A stretch of 35,291 nucleotides of DNA from Octopus sinensis (GCF_006345805.1 NW_021829909.1:1-35291); one strand, 5' to 3'; shown: positions 22,715 through 34,644, numbered from the stretch's first letter. A program made the numbers and translations. The notes: a model not told the origin generated them from the letters alone.

Positions 22715-23008
22715 ATTCTCCTGTCGTTACACGACGTATGAGGCTACGGCAATTGACGGACACCCACACAGATGATTTGTTTATAGTGATCAAATGTTTG
22801 TGTACACATCTGCCTACTTCCTCCATCAAATCGAAATTACCTGTACAGGTGCACTGTGTGCCACATGTCAGATGACGAAATTATCGCAAAGCAACATGAA
22901 AGGAAGTGCTTTGCTCAAGAACGCCACGCAACACCAGGTCCGGAAATCGAACCAACGATCTCTCAATCGTGAGTGCAACACCGTAACCACTAAGCCATAT
23001 GTCTTCAC
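22715..23008 (-). mobile_element. tRNA-derived SINE family C
   Basis: Minus strand gtgaagacatatggcttagtggttacggtgttgcactcacgattg...ggttcgatttccgg (A/B boxes), then gttcttgagcaaagcactt; related to the copy at 30531. Confidence 0.75.
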
Positions 23009-23271
23009 AGAATTTCAGCCATTTTGAATTTGAATGAAAACATTTGTTTGTCATTACTATAAGATGGGTTGCAATTGGTCGAGGAAGGTCACGTGGTGTG
23101 GTGGTTTGATGTTTGTATAGCTGTATTTCAGTGACGACAGTTTGAAAACACTACATGGCGGACAGGAAATCGGTCTGGTTGTTGGAGGGGAGGTAGAAAG
23201 GATTGGTATGCGCACGTATATAGTTCTATATGTGGATGTGTGGACGCATTCATATGGTTTTGCATGTCTGT

Positions 23272-24286
23272 ATTTCCGTCCAAATGATTTTGAATATTGC
23301 GGAATAAATGATAATGTCCGGCGAATATGGTCAGTGAGGCATCGTTTCCCATTCAAACTACGCCAGCCTTTGGAATGTCATCCTCGTTATGTGTGGCCGA
23401 GCATTATCCTGACGGAAGAAAACCTAGCGCTGACTTAAGCCGCTTCAGTTTCTCGCAGTAGGTCTCCTTTGTTATCGTTTGCCTTGGGTTTAAAAATTCA
23501 AAGTGGACTAAGACTTTTATGTCTCACCAAACAGATAGCAGCACCTACATGGATTAAGATCTTCTTTAGCCTGGGGAGCAATGATTCTACTTTCCTTATC
23601 CACTGTCTTCGGCGCTTGACATTTTTATAGAGAACACATTTCTCATCACCAGTCACTATTTGATCCAAAAATGGTTCATTCGTGACATGTGACAGAAAAG
23701 AACAGCACACATTCACTCTCTGCGCACGATTAGACTTGGAAAGTTTGTGAGGAACCCATTGACCAAATTTACTGACTTTTCCAATGGCATGCAGGTGTCG
23801 ATGAATGGTTGAATGACCAAATCCAAGCTTCTATGCTAGTTCCTCAACAGATACGTTGGGGTTTTATTCCATCAGGGTTTGCAGGACACCCTCGTCGAGT
23901 ACTACAGGTCTTCCAGGACGTGACTTGCTTCCTACATTGTAATTTCCAGCTCGGAACTTCTAGAATCCCCGTTGATGCTGGCTTATACTTATTGTCCGAT
24001 CCCCATATAATGCATTAATATTCCTGTGCGCTCTCCGTTGCGTTGTTGTCTTTATTGAACTCATAAAGTAAAATATGCCGAATATGCTCCTTTGTCACTT
24101 CCGTTATGGCTTTGAAAAGATAACTGTTAAAATTGAACTGTACTCTTCAAAACTTGCACTAAAAATAAGTAACAAGGTAAAATTACTACCTGCTTTTATA
24201 GCAATTTGATGCAGGTAGTTTATTCCGTCCTCATCCGACTTTTAGTTCATGCATTTGAAAATTCGCATTATTTATTGCCTGATCCA

Positions 24287-24289
<3 letters not shown>
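23272..24289 (-). mobile_element. Mariner (DD34D) transposon, decayed, 3' end missing
   Basis: TIR-like tattggatcaggcaataaataatgcg (24264-24289); xEVTKEHIRHILLYEFNK, EPFLDQIVTGDEKCVLYKNVKRRRQW (ORF 23498..23716), QDNARPH, H*PYSPDI. Confidence 0.88.
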
Positions 24290-24327
<38 letters not shown>

Positions 24328-24339
24328 TGTGTGTGTGTC

Positions 24340-24380
<41 letters not shown>

Positions 24381-24382
24381 AT
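24290..24382. repeat. (TG)n microsatellite
   Basis: Direct inspection. Confidence 0.95.
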
Positions 24383-24389
24383 ATATAAA

Positions 24390-24775
24390 AGCGTATGCGT
24401 AGCTGTGTGATAAGAAGCTTGCTTCCAAACAGCATGGTCCCAAGTTCAGTGCCACTGGGTGGTATCTTGGGCAAGTGTCTTCTATTATAGTCTCGAGCCG
24501 TCTTAAACATTCTGAGTGGATTTGGACGACGGAAACTGAACGAAGGCCATCGTACATACACATATATATAGGTATATGTTTGTATGTTTGTATTTGTCCC
24601 CTCAACATTGCTTGACAACCGATGTTGGCGTGTTTATGTCGCCGTAACTTAGCGGTTCAATAGAAGAAACCGATAGGATAAGTACTAGGCTTACAGAGAA
24701 TAGTCCTGGAGTACATTTGTTCGACTAAAGGTGGTGTTCCAGCATGGCCGCAGTCAAATGACTGAAATAAGTAAA
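24390..24775 (+). mobile_element. tRNA-derived SINE family A, full-length degenerate copy
   Basis: gtagctgtgtgataagaagcttgcttcc...tcttgggcaagtgtcttctattatag...ataagtactaggcttacag...ccagcatggccgcagtcaaatgactgaaataagtaaa. Confidence 0.85.
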
Positions 24776-25784
24776 CGAACCAACGAACATGCAGCATGTG
24801 CTTTCTACCACATCTAGAAACTAACCATTTTCAAGACCTGAAGAGCACTCATCCGAATATCTCTGGAATATTATCAGAAAGCAGTCGACGAACAAGAGGA
24901 ATCTATGTTGGACCAACAATTATACTTGTAACTCTCAGTTTGAAGGAAGTGGTTTTTTATTCTATCCTGTTGTGTTTGTTTGTTTGTTTTTTGTCATGTA
25001 GTAAAAAAGATAACGACATACAAGACGTACAAAAAGCATGGAGAACCTTATGATGCTCCTACATGTGAAAACCGATTCAGCTTCAGAGGAATTTGGGTTA
25101 CCGAAGATGTAACCCAAATTGTATCGATGAGGCTTGATGTCTGTGACTATTACAACATAGAATGCAATTCGTAAATGCGAACGCATAGATACAGACATGA
25201 TGTCTATTTATCTATCTCTGCATATAACTGTGTATGTGTGTCTGACATATTTGTGGAGAGCATATATACTCATACACATAGCATGAAACAGCTGGTGGAA
25301 CGTCCCTGTCAAAACTTTCCATGATATAAACAAAACAGGCCAGGCAATATGATCAGAGGATTAACAGAAATTTTGTTCAGGAATACAAATTAGTTGGTAG
25401 TAGCGCTTAACATATTTTTATAGCCCACTTAGTTATATGCAAGTAGCTATAATTGATAGCATTTGTGAAAACATTGTATAACCAAGAAAGGATAGAGTTT
25501 AGAACTAAAAATTATACGTCATTAATGGAACTGTGAAAATATTCTGAAGTATTGCCTGCGCGAGAATTAACATGCAAACATAAGATGTAGAGATATATGT
25601 GCTAGTTGACTAAACAACTTTCCAGAAGGAATCAGCGTCACACGGCATATGAAAAGACTGGACATTAGGATTACAGAGAAGCCCTGACCGGATGGGCTTC
25701 ATTTCGGGAAAGTTGATCTACGCAAAATACATCCCATGTGCTTTTGAAACAATGTAGTACTCGACGGTCTCTCTTGTCTCTTTC

Positions 25785-25786
<2 letters not shown>

Positions 25787-25849
<63 letters not shown>

Positions 25850-25876
25850 GATAGAGATAGATATATATATCTATAT

Positions 25877-25936
<60 letters not shown>

Positions 25937-25944
25937 GTAGTAGG

Positions 25945-26037
<93 letters not shown>
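25787..26037. repeat. (TA)n then (GATA)n microsatellite
   Basis: Direct inspection. Confidence 0.95.
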
Positions 26038-26296
26038 CGCAGGAAGTATAGATGGGCTGGACACGTCGCCCGGCTCACCGATAATCGGTGGACGCACGCA
26101 CTTGTCGAGTGGTACCCGCGTGAGCGGAAAAGACCACCCGGAAGACCTCCACGCCAGTGGAGTTACGATTTCAGGAGGACGATTGGGATCACGTGGATGA
26201 GAAAGCCGCGATCCAGAGAGGAGTGGACAGCGTGCTGTGACTAGCGGTGTCAAATGGACGCCTGATGGACTGGTCGGTCAAGGTGATCAAGGTGAT
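26038..26296 (+). mobile_element. Young 3' fragment of RTE-clade LINE
   Basis: Open frame RRKYRWAGHVARLTDNRWTHALVEWYPRERKRPPGRPPRQWSYDFRRTIGITWMRKPRSREEWTACCD* (stop 26242-26244); tail (CAAGGTGAT)x2. Confidence 0.85.
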
Positions 26297-26659
26297 ATAT
26301 ATACACATAAACACACACTTACTCACGCGCGCACAAACGCAAACTCACACACACGTACACACACATATGCATGAACATATATATATATGTATATATACAT
26401 ACATACATACACACACACACACAAACACACACATACGCACGCACGCACAAACACACATATATATATATATATAATATACACATAACACACAGTGAACAAA
26501 ATTTGGAATACATAGGACATTAGTTTAAGTATTAATGAAACAAAATTCTGCCTCACATTTCAACTATAGTCCCTTCATCAAAAGAAAGACAAGCAGACAG
26601 ACAGACAGACAGGATAAAGAAAGAAAATAATGAGAAAATATCGTTGGTGAAAAACGGGA

Positions 26660-26800
26660 ATTAAGAAGAAGAAGAAGAGAAGAAGAAGAAGAAGAAGAAG
26701 AAGAAGAAGAAGAAGAAGAAGAAGAGAAGAAGAAAAAGAAGAAGAAGAAAAGAAGAAGAAGAAGAATAAGAAGAAGAAGAAGAAAGAGGAAGAAGAAGGG
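26660..26800. repeat. (AAG)n microsatellite
   Basis: Direct inspection. Confidence 0.95.
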
Positions 26801-27287
26801 TATTACGATGCAAATATGTGAATTCTTCTGTATCAGAAAACAGGTATAGGAAGAGTGGTGGCTTATGTGACATTTGTGTTCACAGAGCGTGTGCAAAAGT
26901 ATAGTGTGATGGTGGTTTAAATGCGTACAGGAGAGAAGTTAGCAATGCCTGTATGTTACTTTTCCATTAAAGTGCAATTCATTAATCAAGGCTCTGATGA
27001 AGCTATACGATGTTATCCTGACACTCAACATCGAGTCCACTACATCTAATAGCAGAAAAAACTGCAAGCCATTGGCGTTTATTGTATAACATTTGGTTTT
27101 TCTGGTGTCATATCTTTGTTTTCTATCACCACTATATACTCATCTAATATTGTGCTCGGACCTTATGTATATTGACTTCTACACCAGGTTATTAGTTTCG
27201 CTATGTCTAAGTGAAATATCGATATGTTTATATTCTGTTATTCATCTACACTTTTACTTATTTCAGTCAGTTTTAGTTGAACAAATC

Positions 27288-27450
27288 GACCTCAGTACTT
27301 ACTCTTTTAAGCCCCGTACTTATTCTATCGATCTCTATTCCCGAACTGCTAATGTTACGGGGTCGTGAACACACCAACATCAGTTGTCAAGTGGTATGGC
27401 GGAACAAACACAGATACAAATACACACACACACACAAACACACACATACA
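27288..27450 (-). mobile_element. 3' half of SINE family A, degenerate
   Basis: gtacttattctatcgatctct...gctaatgttacggggtcgtgaacacaccaacatcagttgtcaag is the reverse complement of the family A tail. Confidence 0.7.
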
Positions 27451-27725
27451 CATATATATATAAAATTAAGAAATGTTGAGCTGACGAAAGAAATGTCGAG
27501 TTTAATTCGACTAATCTAGAAACGTGAGCGTTCTCAAATAATCTTTGTACATGTGATATTTTGTATTTTCCCTCCATATCTACGTGAATTATTTTTGAGT
27601 AAACACTATCTGGGAGACTCTTCTTAAAGTAGTGGAAATGGCTAAAAAAAACTTTTGGCTGCTATTTCTAAAATTTTCAGTATGTGGCAAAGTAAATTAT
27701 TTTACTGAGCCCTAATTATATAACG

Positions 27726-27778
<53 letters not shown>

Positions 27779-28263
27779 TATACATATATAGATGTGTGTG
27801 TACTATATGGATATATAGTTAATCCCAAAAATCAAGAAAAATGCTCAATAAAAAATTGTATGTACTTATTGTACCTCACTCTCAATTATTGCAATTAAGA
27901 AAACATGTTCGTCTTTTTATTTTGTCTTTTTCAAGAAATACGATTTGTGGTGCATGATGAAGATTATTAATGAACAGGAAATAAGCAAACAGAAATATAT
28001 GTAAGAATGACTGAATGAAGAAAAAGAGAAGGTAAATAATTTAGAATAAATCAAACCAGAATTTACAGAGTTTGTTTAAAAGATTTTCAAGAGTTAACAC
28101 CAACCAACGCATCTGAAAGTCTACAAAGAGAGTAATTTACAAGCTTGCACAAAAATATATTTAAAACTAGTCTGTTACGCAACAGAAAAAGCTGGCAAAA
28201 TGTGAACATACACATAAATGCATGTGCATTGTACACTATATATATATATATATATATATATAC

Positions 28264-29421
28264 TAACGAACTTTAAAAAAAAATTCTATTGGCTGGCTTT
28301 CCTCGATTTCAGCTCTTCGTGTTTTCTGTAGCGAGTAAATAATATGTGGAAATTGACGATTTAAAAGTCTGTTATCAGCATATTGGCATAGAAATAATTT
28401 TCTTTAGCCCTTATTTATAAGTTGTTTATAATTTTAACCTTAAAGGTATGTTAATATGCTGCCACATTTTTTATGGAATATTTTCTCTGTAAAAAAACTC
28501 CATCCTATATTAGTAGTAACTTATTACTATTCGCTATAGAGACTGGTAACCACTATAAGCTGTAGTGGGAACAGTTCACACGTGTGCAGAGGATGACCAA
28601 AGATTTTATTTTTAGATATATCTGGGGTACTTATATGTACTCATGATTTTTGCTTCGGCTTTTTTCCATGGGCGCATGTAATTATCTTATTTATATTTTT
28701 TCGTATTTTCTACTGAAGAGGAAAAATCTATTATGAGATTAATTCCGAAATTGATTCAATATAGAAATAACGAACTTTTAAAAAAAATTCTATTGGCTGG
28801 CTTTCCTCGATTTCAGCTCTTCGTGTTTTCTGTAGCGAGTAAATAATATGTGGAAATTGACGATTTAAAAGTCTGTTATCAGCATATTGGCATAGAAATA
28901 ATTTTCTTTAGCCCTTATTTATAAGTTGTTTATAATTTTAACCTTAAAGGTATGTTAATATGCTGCCACATTTTTTATGGAATATTTTCTCTGTAAAAAA
29001 ACTCCATCCTATATTAGTAGTAGACTTATTACTATTCGCTATAGAGACTGGTAACCACTATAAGCTGTAGTGGGAACAGTTCACACGTGTGCAGAGGATG
29101 ACCAAAGGATTTTATTTTTAGATATATCTGGGGTACTTATATGTACTCATGATTTTTGCTTCGGCTTTTTTCCATGGGCGCATGTAATTATCTTATTTAT
29201 ATTTTTTCGTATTTTCTACTGAAGAGGAAAAATCTATTATGAGATTAATTCCGAAATTGATTCAATATAGAAATAACGAACTTTAAAAAAAAATTTCTAT
29301 TGGCTGGCTTTCCTCGATTTCAGCTCTTCGAGTAAATAATATGTGGAAATTGACGATTTAAAAGTCTGCTATCAGCATATTGGCATAGAAATAATTTTCT
29401 TTAGCCCTTATTTATAAGTTG
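28264..29421. repeat. Tandem array of a ~505-bp unit (2.3 copies) flanked by (TA)n
   Basis: Units start at 28264, 28768 and 29274 (taacgaactttaaaaaaaa...). Copies are near-identical; the third is partial and has a 14-bp deletion. Confidence 0.95.
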
Positions 29422-29474
29422 TATATATATATATATATATATATATATTGCAAACAAGATACATAAATACATGT

Positions 29475-29605
29475 TTTTTCAGTTTCCATCTACCGAATCA
29501 ACTCCACTAACTGTGGTTACAGTAGAAAACACTCGCTCAAGATTGCACGTTGAGGGACTGAACGCGGAGCTATCGGCTTAACGCACAACCATCCCCGCAC
29601 CTATA
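29475..29605 (-). mobile_element. Degenerate SINE family A head/body
   Basis: cagtttccatctaccgaatc...agtagaaaacactcgctcaagattgcacg...gggactgaacgcgg is the reverse complement of family A. Confidence 0.65.
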
Positions 29606-30284
29606 TCCACGGCATATATTTATGCAGGCATGTCTGTATGTGTATATGTCTTGATTTCTAATTAGGTTGGCTACATGGATTCATCAACGAAGGAATCATT
29701 TTGTATATGAGTAATGATTTTATAGGTTTATTTATGGCGTAGAAAGTAGTGTTACTCTGTCATTATGAACCAGTAACTGTACCAGAAAAATAATAATAGA
29801 CTTTTCATACATATATAAAAATAAAAGAATATAAATATGCACGCACCTATATATATGTATGTATGATTTCAATATAAATATATATATATGTAAGCCGCTA
29901 GTATACTCTACGTAAAACACACTATCATTCTATTGTCACTCAACAATTGCATGTGTTTAAGTGTGTGCCGTTTTATATAAAACTTCAGTTGTTTTACCCG
30001 ATCATATCGACCCCAGTGTCTATCTGAAAGTATTACTTATCGATCTCTATTAATTGAATCTCTAAATTACGTTTTCGACTTAAAGGTACAGAAATTAACA
30101 CGTCCGCTTACAACCGGGTAAACATAGACAATGATACGAACGAATGACGCACATCACACACACACTCACACACAAATAAACACGCTCACACACACATACA
30201 CACACTCACACATACATACACGTGTGTATTTTGTGTGTGTGTATGTATATGTATGTATATATGCATATATGTATTATATATATA

Positions 30285-30495
30285 TTTCTTTATTGCCCAC
30301 AAGGGGCTAAATATAGAGAGGACAAACAAGGACAGACAAAGGGATTAAGTCGATCACATCGACCCCAGTGCGAAACTGGTACTTTTATTTATCGACCCCG
30401 AAAGGATGAAAGGCAAAGTCGACCTCGGCGGAATTTGAACGACAGACGAAATACCGCTAAGCATTCCGCCCGGCGCGCTAACGTGTCTGCCAGCT
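30285..30495 (-). mobile_element. SINE family B with complete 3' tail, inserted in (TA)n
   Basis: Minus strand agctggcagacacgttagcgcgccgggcggaatgcttagcgg...cctttcggggtcgataaataaaagtaccag...tttagccccttgtgggcaataaagaaat. Confidence 0.88.
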
Positions 30496-30530
30496 ATATA
30501 TATATATATATATATATATATGAATGCATG

Positions 30531-30670
30531 TGGAGGCGCGTGGCTTAGTGGTTAGGGTGTTGTGCTCATGATTGTAAAGCTGTGGTTTCAATTCCTGGAT
30601 CGGAAGATGCGTATGTACTCTTGAACGAATCATTTCATCTTAGGTGCCTCCAGTCTACTCAGCTGACAAA
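30531..30670 (+). mobile_element. SINE family C head, degenerate
   Basis: ggaggcgcgtggcttagtggttagggtgttg...ggtttcaattcctgg is a tRNA-like head, related to 22715-23008. Confidence 0.65.
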
Positions 30671-31178
30671 AATTATTAGGCCTGAGACCAACAGAGGTAC
30701 ATACTCGTCACAGATTCCGGGGAAACCAGCCTGATGAGCCTATGGCACGGGAAGGATTTTTCATCCTTGTACAAGTGTATTGTATATTGTATATACATGC
30801 ATATAGATATGTTAGTATACATGAATTCATTATGCATATTTGTATGTATGTGCGTATGTATGAATGTGTGTATGTATGCTATACATGCATGCTTGTATGT
30901 AGTATATATATTTGTATGTGTAGATGCATGTACGTACGTATGTATGTATGGGCGTGTATATATGTATGTATGGATGGATGGATGTACATATATGAAAGCA
31001 GCGGGCTTCCACGTATATCTCGCTTATATAATTAGTTGGCTAATCTGAGGCAATGTTAGGGAATCAATTACCCAAGATGCCATACTCAGATCCATACAAC
31101 TAGGAATTGAAATACCTCGCTACATTTTCATAAATGCAACAGCCTTTGTGTGCGCGTGTGTGTATGTATATTGTATCT

Positions 31179-31220
<42 letters not shown>

Positions 31221-31679
31221 GTCTGTGTATGTATGATGGTATGTATGCCTGTGTATGTATGTATGTATGTATGTATGTATGTATGTATGTATGTATGTAT
31301 GTATGTTTGTTTGTATGTACAGATGTGTATGCTTTATGCATATATTCTCATGTATATAGCTGCACATCTAAATACGCTCATATATATATATTTAAATGAT
31401 AAACCTCTGGAAAGTTTGATGGATTTTTTACAGTTCCAGTGATGAACTGGATCTGTAGTCTTCGAATTAGCTTTCTCCTATCTAGTTTTGAGAAGCCAAA
31501 TTTCACACGATTGGTATTTAGGCAATGTATTACTTACCCCTGGGGGATACACACACGTATGTCTAACATACATTACATACATACATATATACATATATAT
31601 ATATGCACACGTATGTATATACAAACACCACACACATACATACATATACATATACAATATATTTTTTATACATAATATA

Positions 31680-31731
<52 letters not shown>

Positions 31732-31964
31732 CACATACATGTGCGTTATTATATGCGGAATAGACTACACTATAGCGATAGGTGAGCTTGCTGCAGTTAC
31801 AGATGTATCACACAGGGCTTAACACCGACCGGCCACTCAGAGACTCCCATGATGGCTCGTTTAATTTAGTTGAGTTATCATTTAGGCTGTTGTCAGGTTT
31901 CTGATCAATCAGACCTATCACTGATATCTTGACAAACAACATGTTTTGATGCGCAAATCAAAGC

Positions 31965-33132
31965 ATCAGTTACATACAAAGATCATTGTTATTATCTAAC
32001 CGTCAAATCTAAATTAATTGATCTGATATCACCATATATTTTATTAATCAAAATAATAATCATTAGATTGTGCACACTTTGCCAAAGAATTCTTGCATGA
32101 ACGAATTGATCTTCAGTTGAACATGAGTTTTTTCAAGAAGCTGAGACACTTCAAACAGTGGCAGACGGCTGCAGAGAAGTCTAGTGAGTAAGCTGAGCAA
32201 TGTAGACTTTTATGAACCTGTTTGTTTAATTTCTGCAGATTCATTTATGAGATATATAATCAAGAAATGTTGGAAACAAACGTTGTAGAATTTTGTGTGT
32301 TATGTTGATTCCTTTGCAATACTTCTCTGTTGCAATGGTCTCGTTAGGATTCAAATAGCAGAAATGGATGATTCCTCTGGTTTCCTACTAACTAACAATA
32401 GCAATAACTTTCTTTCGATGTAGCTTCGATTTCAGAATGGGTTTTTATATCACGGTGTTGAACGCAATTTTTGTCATACAGTATCCATTTTTGTCACGTA
32501 TGAATTCGATTAAAATTGGATCATCGCTCATCAAACGAAACACTGAACAGAGTTCATAATGTCGATATATTTATTATTTTCATTCCGCTCATACAGCGCC
32601 CAAATCGAGCATTTTTGACGTTCAAATCTCTTATAAATGTCAATCAGTTGTTGATGCTCAACATTCAGTTTTTCTGTAACGTTTTGTCGTCTTTTGCGTA
32701 AGTTCACTTCAATAATATCCTCAAAAGTTTGTTGTTAATTACAGTAGTTTCTCTATGATCTTTCTTTTTCTTTTACTGTTTTCCAAGGCTTTCGTCTCCA
32801 CAACAAACCTACGATGAGCTATGCGCTCATTGACAGTTCTCTGGACATATGATTGATTGGTTCTGCAACTAATTATCCTTCGTTTGAGATCCATTTTGAA
32901 ATCACAAATTTAAATCACTTGAATTTATTTCTATCAGTCCTTAGTTTAAAAGCCTAAACTAAGCAAATCGAAAGTTGAGAGTAAAGCGATTAGAATATAC
33001 CAATGCACCAAAATCATCGTTTCAAAATTATAAACTACATAAATACAGTTAATAGATGTTTTTTTCTTTTTCCAAAAAGGCCTTAAATTTTAAAAATAAT
33101 ATAACTACCCTTATATTTACACCAAATAAATA
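31965..33132 (-). mobile_element. Decayed Hsmar1/SETMAR-like (cecropia-type) mariner with both TIR remnants
   Basis: Minus strand GDESL, LNVEH, RIHT*QKWILYD, KLHRKKVI, GIIHFCYLNPNETIATEKYCKGI, AYSLDFSAAVCHCLKCL, YYFD*. TIR remnants tatttatttggtgtaaatataagggtagtt (~33100-33132) and atcagttacatacaaagatcattgtt (31965-31990). Confidence 0.8.
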
Positions 33133-33534
33133 CAATGAGCATTCCACTAATATATCTTGTTCCTTTTTGTCCATATAAAGTGAATCCAAACATATTATCT
33201 AATATGACCCTCCACTAATGAGGTCTGATTGAAGAAATTATTTGGCAGTTATCTGTAACAAGTGGAACAACCGTATAGATGCACAAAGTGTTGGCTTTGT
33301 CGAAACTCTCCATCAACTGAGCTTATTGGAGTTACTTCCCTTGCTTGAGCTGTTTTAGGATTCTAAACATATCTAAACGGAGTTTTATCAAATAGATTCT
33401 TTGATAATCTCTGCTGATCGAAGATTTTCAACTGACTATATTACATACGTTAAAACTTACCATATCGATTTTGTTGGTGGTGCTGCAAAAGCTGCCCAGG
33501 TTAATTCTGACTGAACAAACATATTTGGTGATTG

Positions 33535-33705
33535 CACTGGTTGTGGTGGTGGTAGTGTTCGTTATGGAGTGGGCAAGCAGAAGGATGACCACGACGACCA
33601 CAGCGGCGGCAGCGACGACGATAACGACGACGACGACGACGATGACGATAATGATGATAATGATGATGATAATTATCATAACGATGACGACGACGATAAT
33701 GATGA
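33535..33705. repeat. (GGT)/(GAC)/(GAT)n trinucleotide low-complexity tract
   Basis: Direct inspection. Confidence 0.9.
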
Positions 33706-34092
33706 AAGTACGGACAGTTGTCGACTGATGAAATCTCTTTTCTGATGTTATTATTACACAGTTAATAAATCCAAACATCCGACTCGGATCACACAAACCC
33801 CGTACTGTATCTTTGTGCAATCTTTCTCGTTATTTATATTCTGCTTTTCTCTCTCCTTGCACACATACATCCACTCCCTATCTATCCATTTATCTGATTC
33901 TCTTTTCCATCATTTCTCAGTTCATCAGTTCATGTGTATGTTCGTGTGTGTGTGTGAGAGAGAGAGAGAGGGAGTAAAATAAAATATAAATATGAGTATA
34001 TATATATATATATTATATATATATTATGTATATACATGGGTGGGTGTAAATGTCTATTGATATACATGTACACACATGAATATGCATATGTA

Positions 34093-34128
<36 letters not shown>

Positions 34129-34585
34129 GTATATGAACATGTATATACGTACACACATACATACATATATCACTTCTACACACTGTCTTTCTTTTTCTGC
34201 CCGTCTCTATATGTGTACAAATATATGTGTGCGCGTGTTTATGCGGGTCTAAGTATGCACGTCTAACTGTCTATATCAAACTAAAGCCGCACCGATCTCT
34301 TCACAATCTTCATATCTATCTTTATACGTGTGGCTCTATCTTCTTTCTCTTCCTCTTCTTCTCTGTCTCTCTAGATATTTCCATATGAATGTGTTTACTT
34401 GTTAACGTAAGTCTCTTTGTGTCTCTTATACATACATTCGTACATTCGTATGAACACTTATTGATCACTCAAATTTTCTACTTTTCTGAATACTGTTGAG
34501 CCTGTGTGTGTAACACAATGTCTAACCCGATGTGTCAATAACTAAGCCTTGTGCCTCCTTCTATCACTCATCATTTGCTCACTTA

Positions 34586-34588
<3 letters not shown>

Positions 34589-34644
<56 letters not shown>

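Noticed and set aside
26990-27015. ctctgatgaagctatacg hammerhead-like start
   Set aside because: No stem II closure or GAAA.
28264-29421. CRISPR-like or satellite array
   Set aside because: Eukaryotic context; ~505-bp units without spacers and only 2.3 copies.
6472-30670. SINE heads as genuine tRNA genes
   Set aside because: A/B boxes are present, but there is no complete cloverleaf and each continues into a SINE body.
30728-30756. CTGATGA-GCC-TAT-GGC, resembling a hammerhead core plus stem II
   Set aside because: No GAAA follows stem II (ACGGGAAG), and no stem I or III can be built.
33471-33820. Poly-Thr/Val/Ile/Asp ORFs
   Set aside because: Trinucleotide microsatellite; no domain content.
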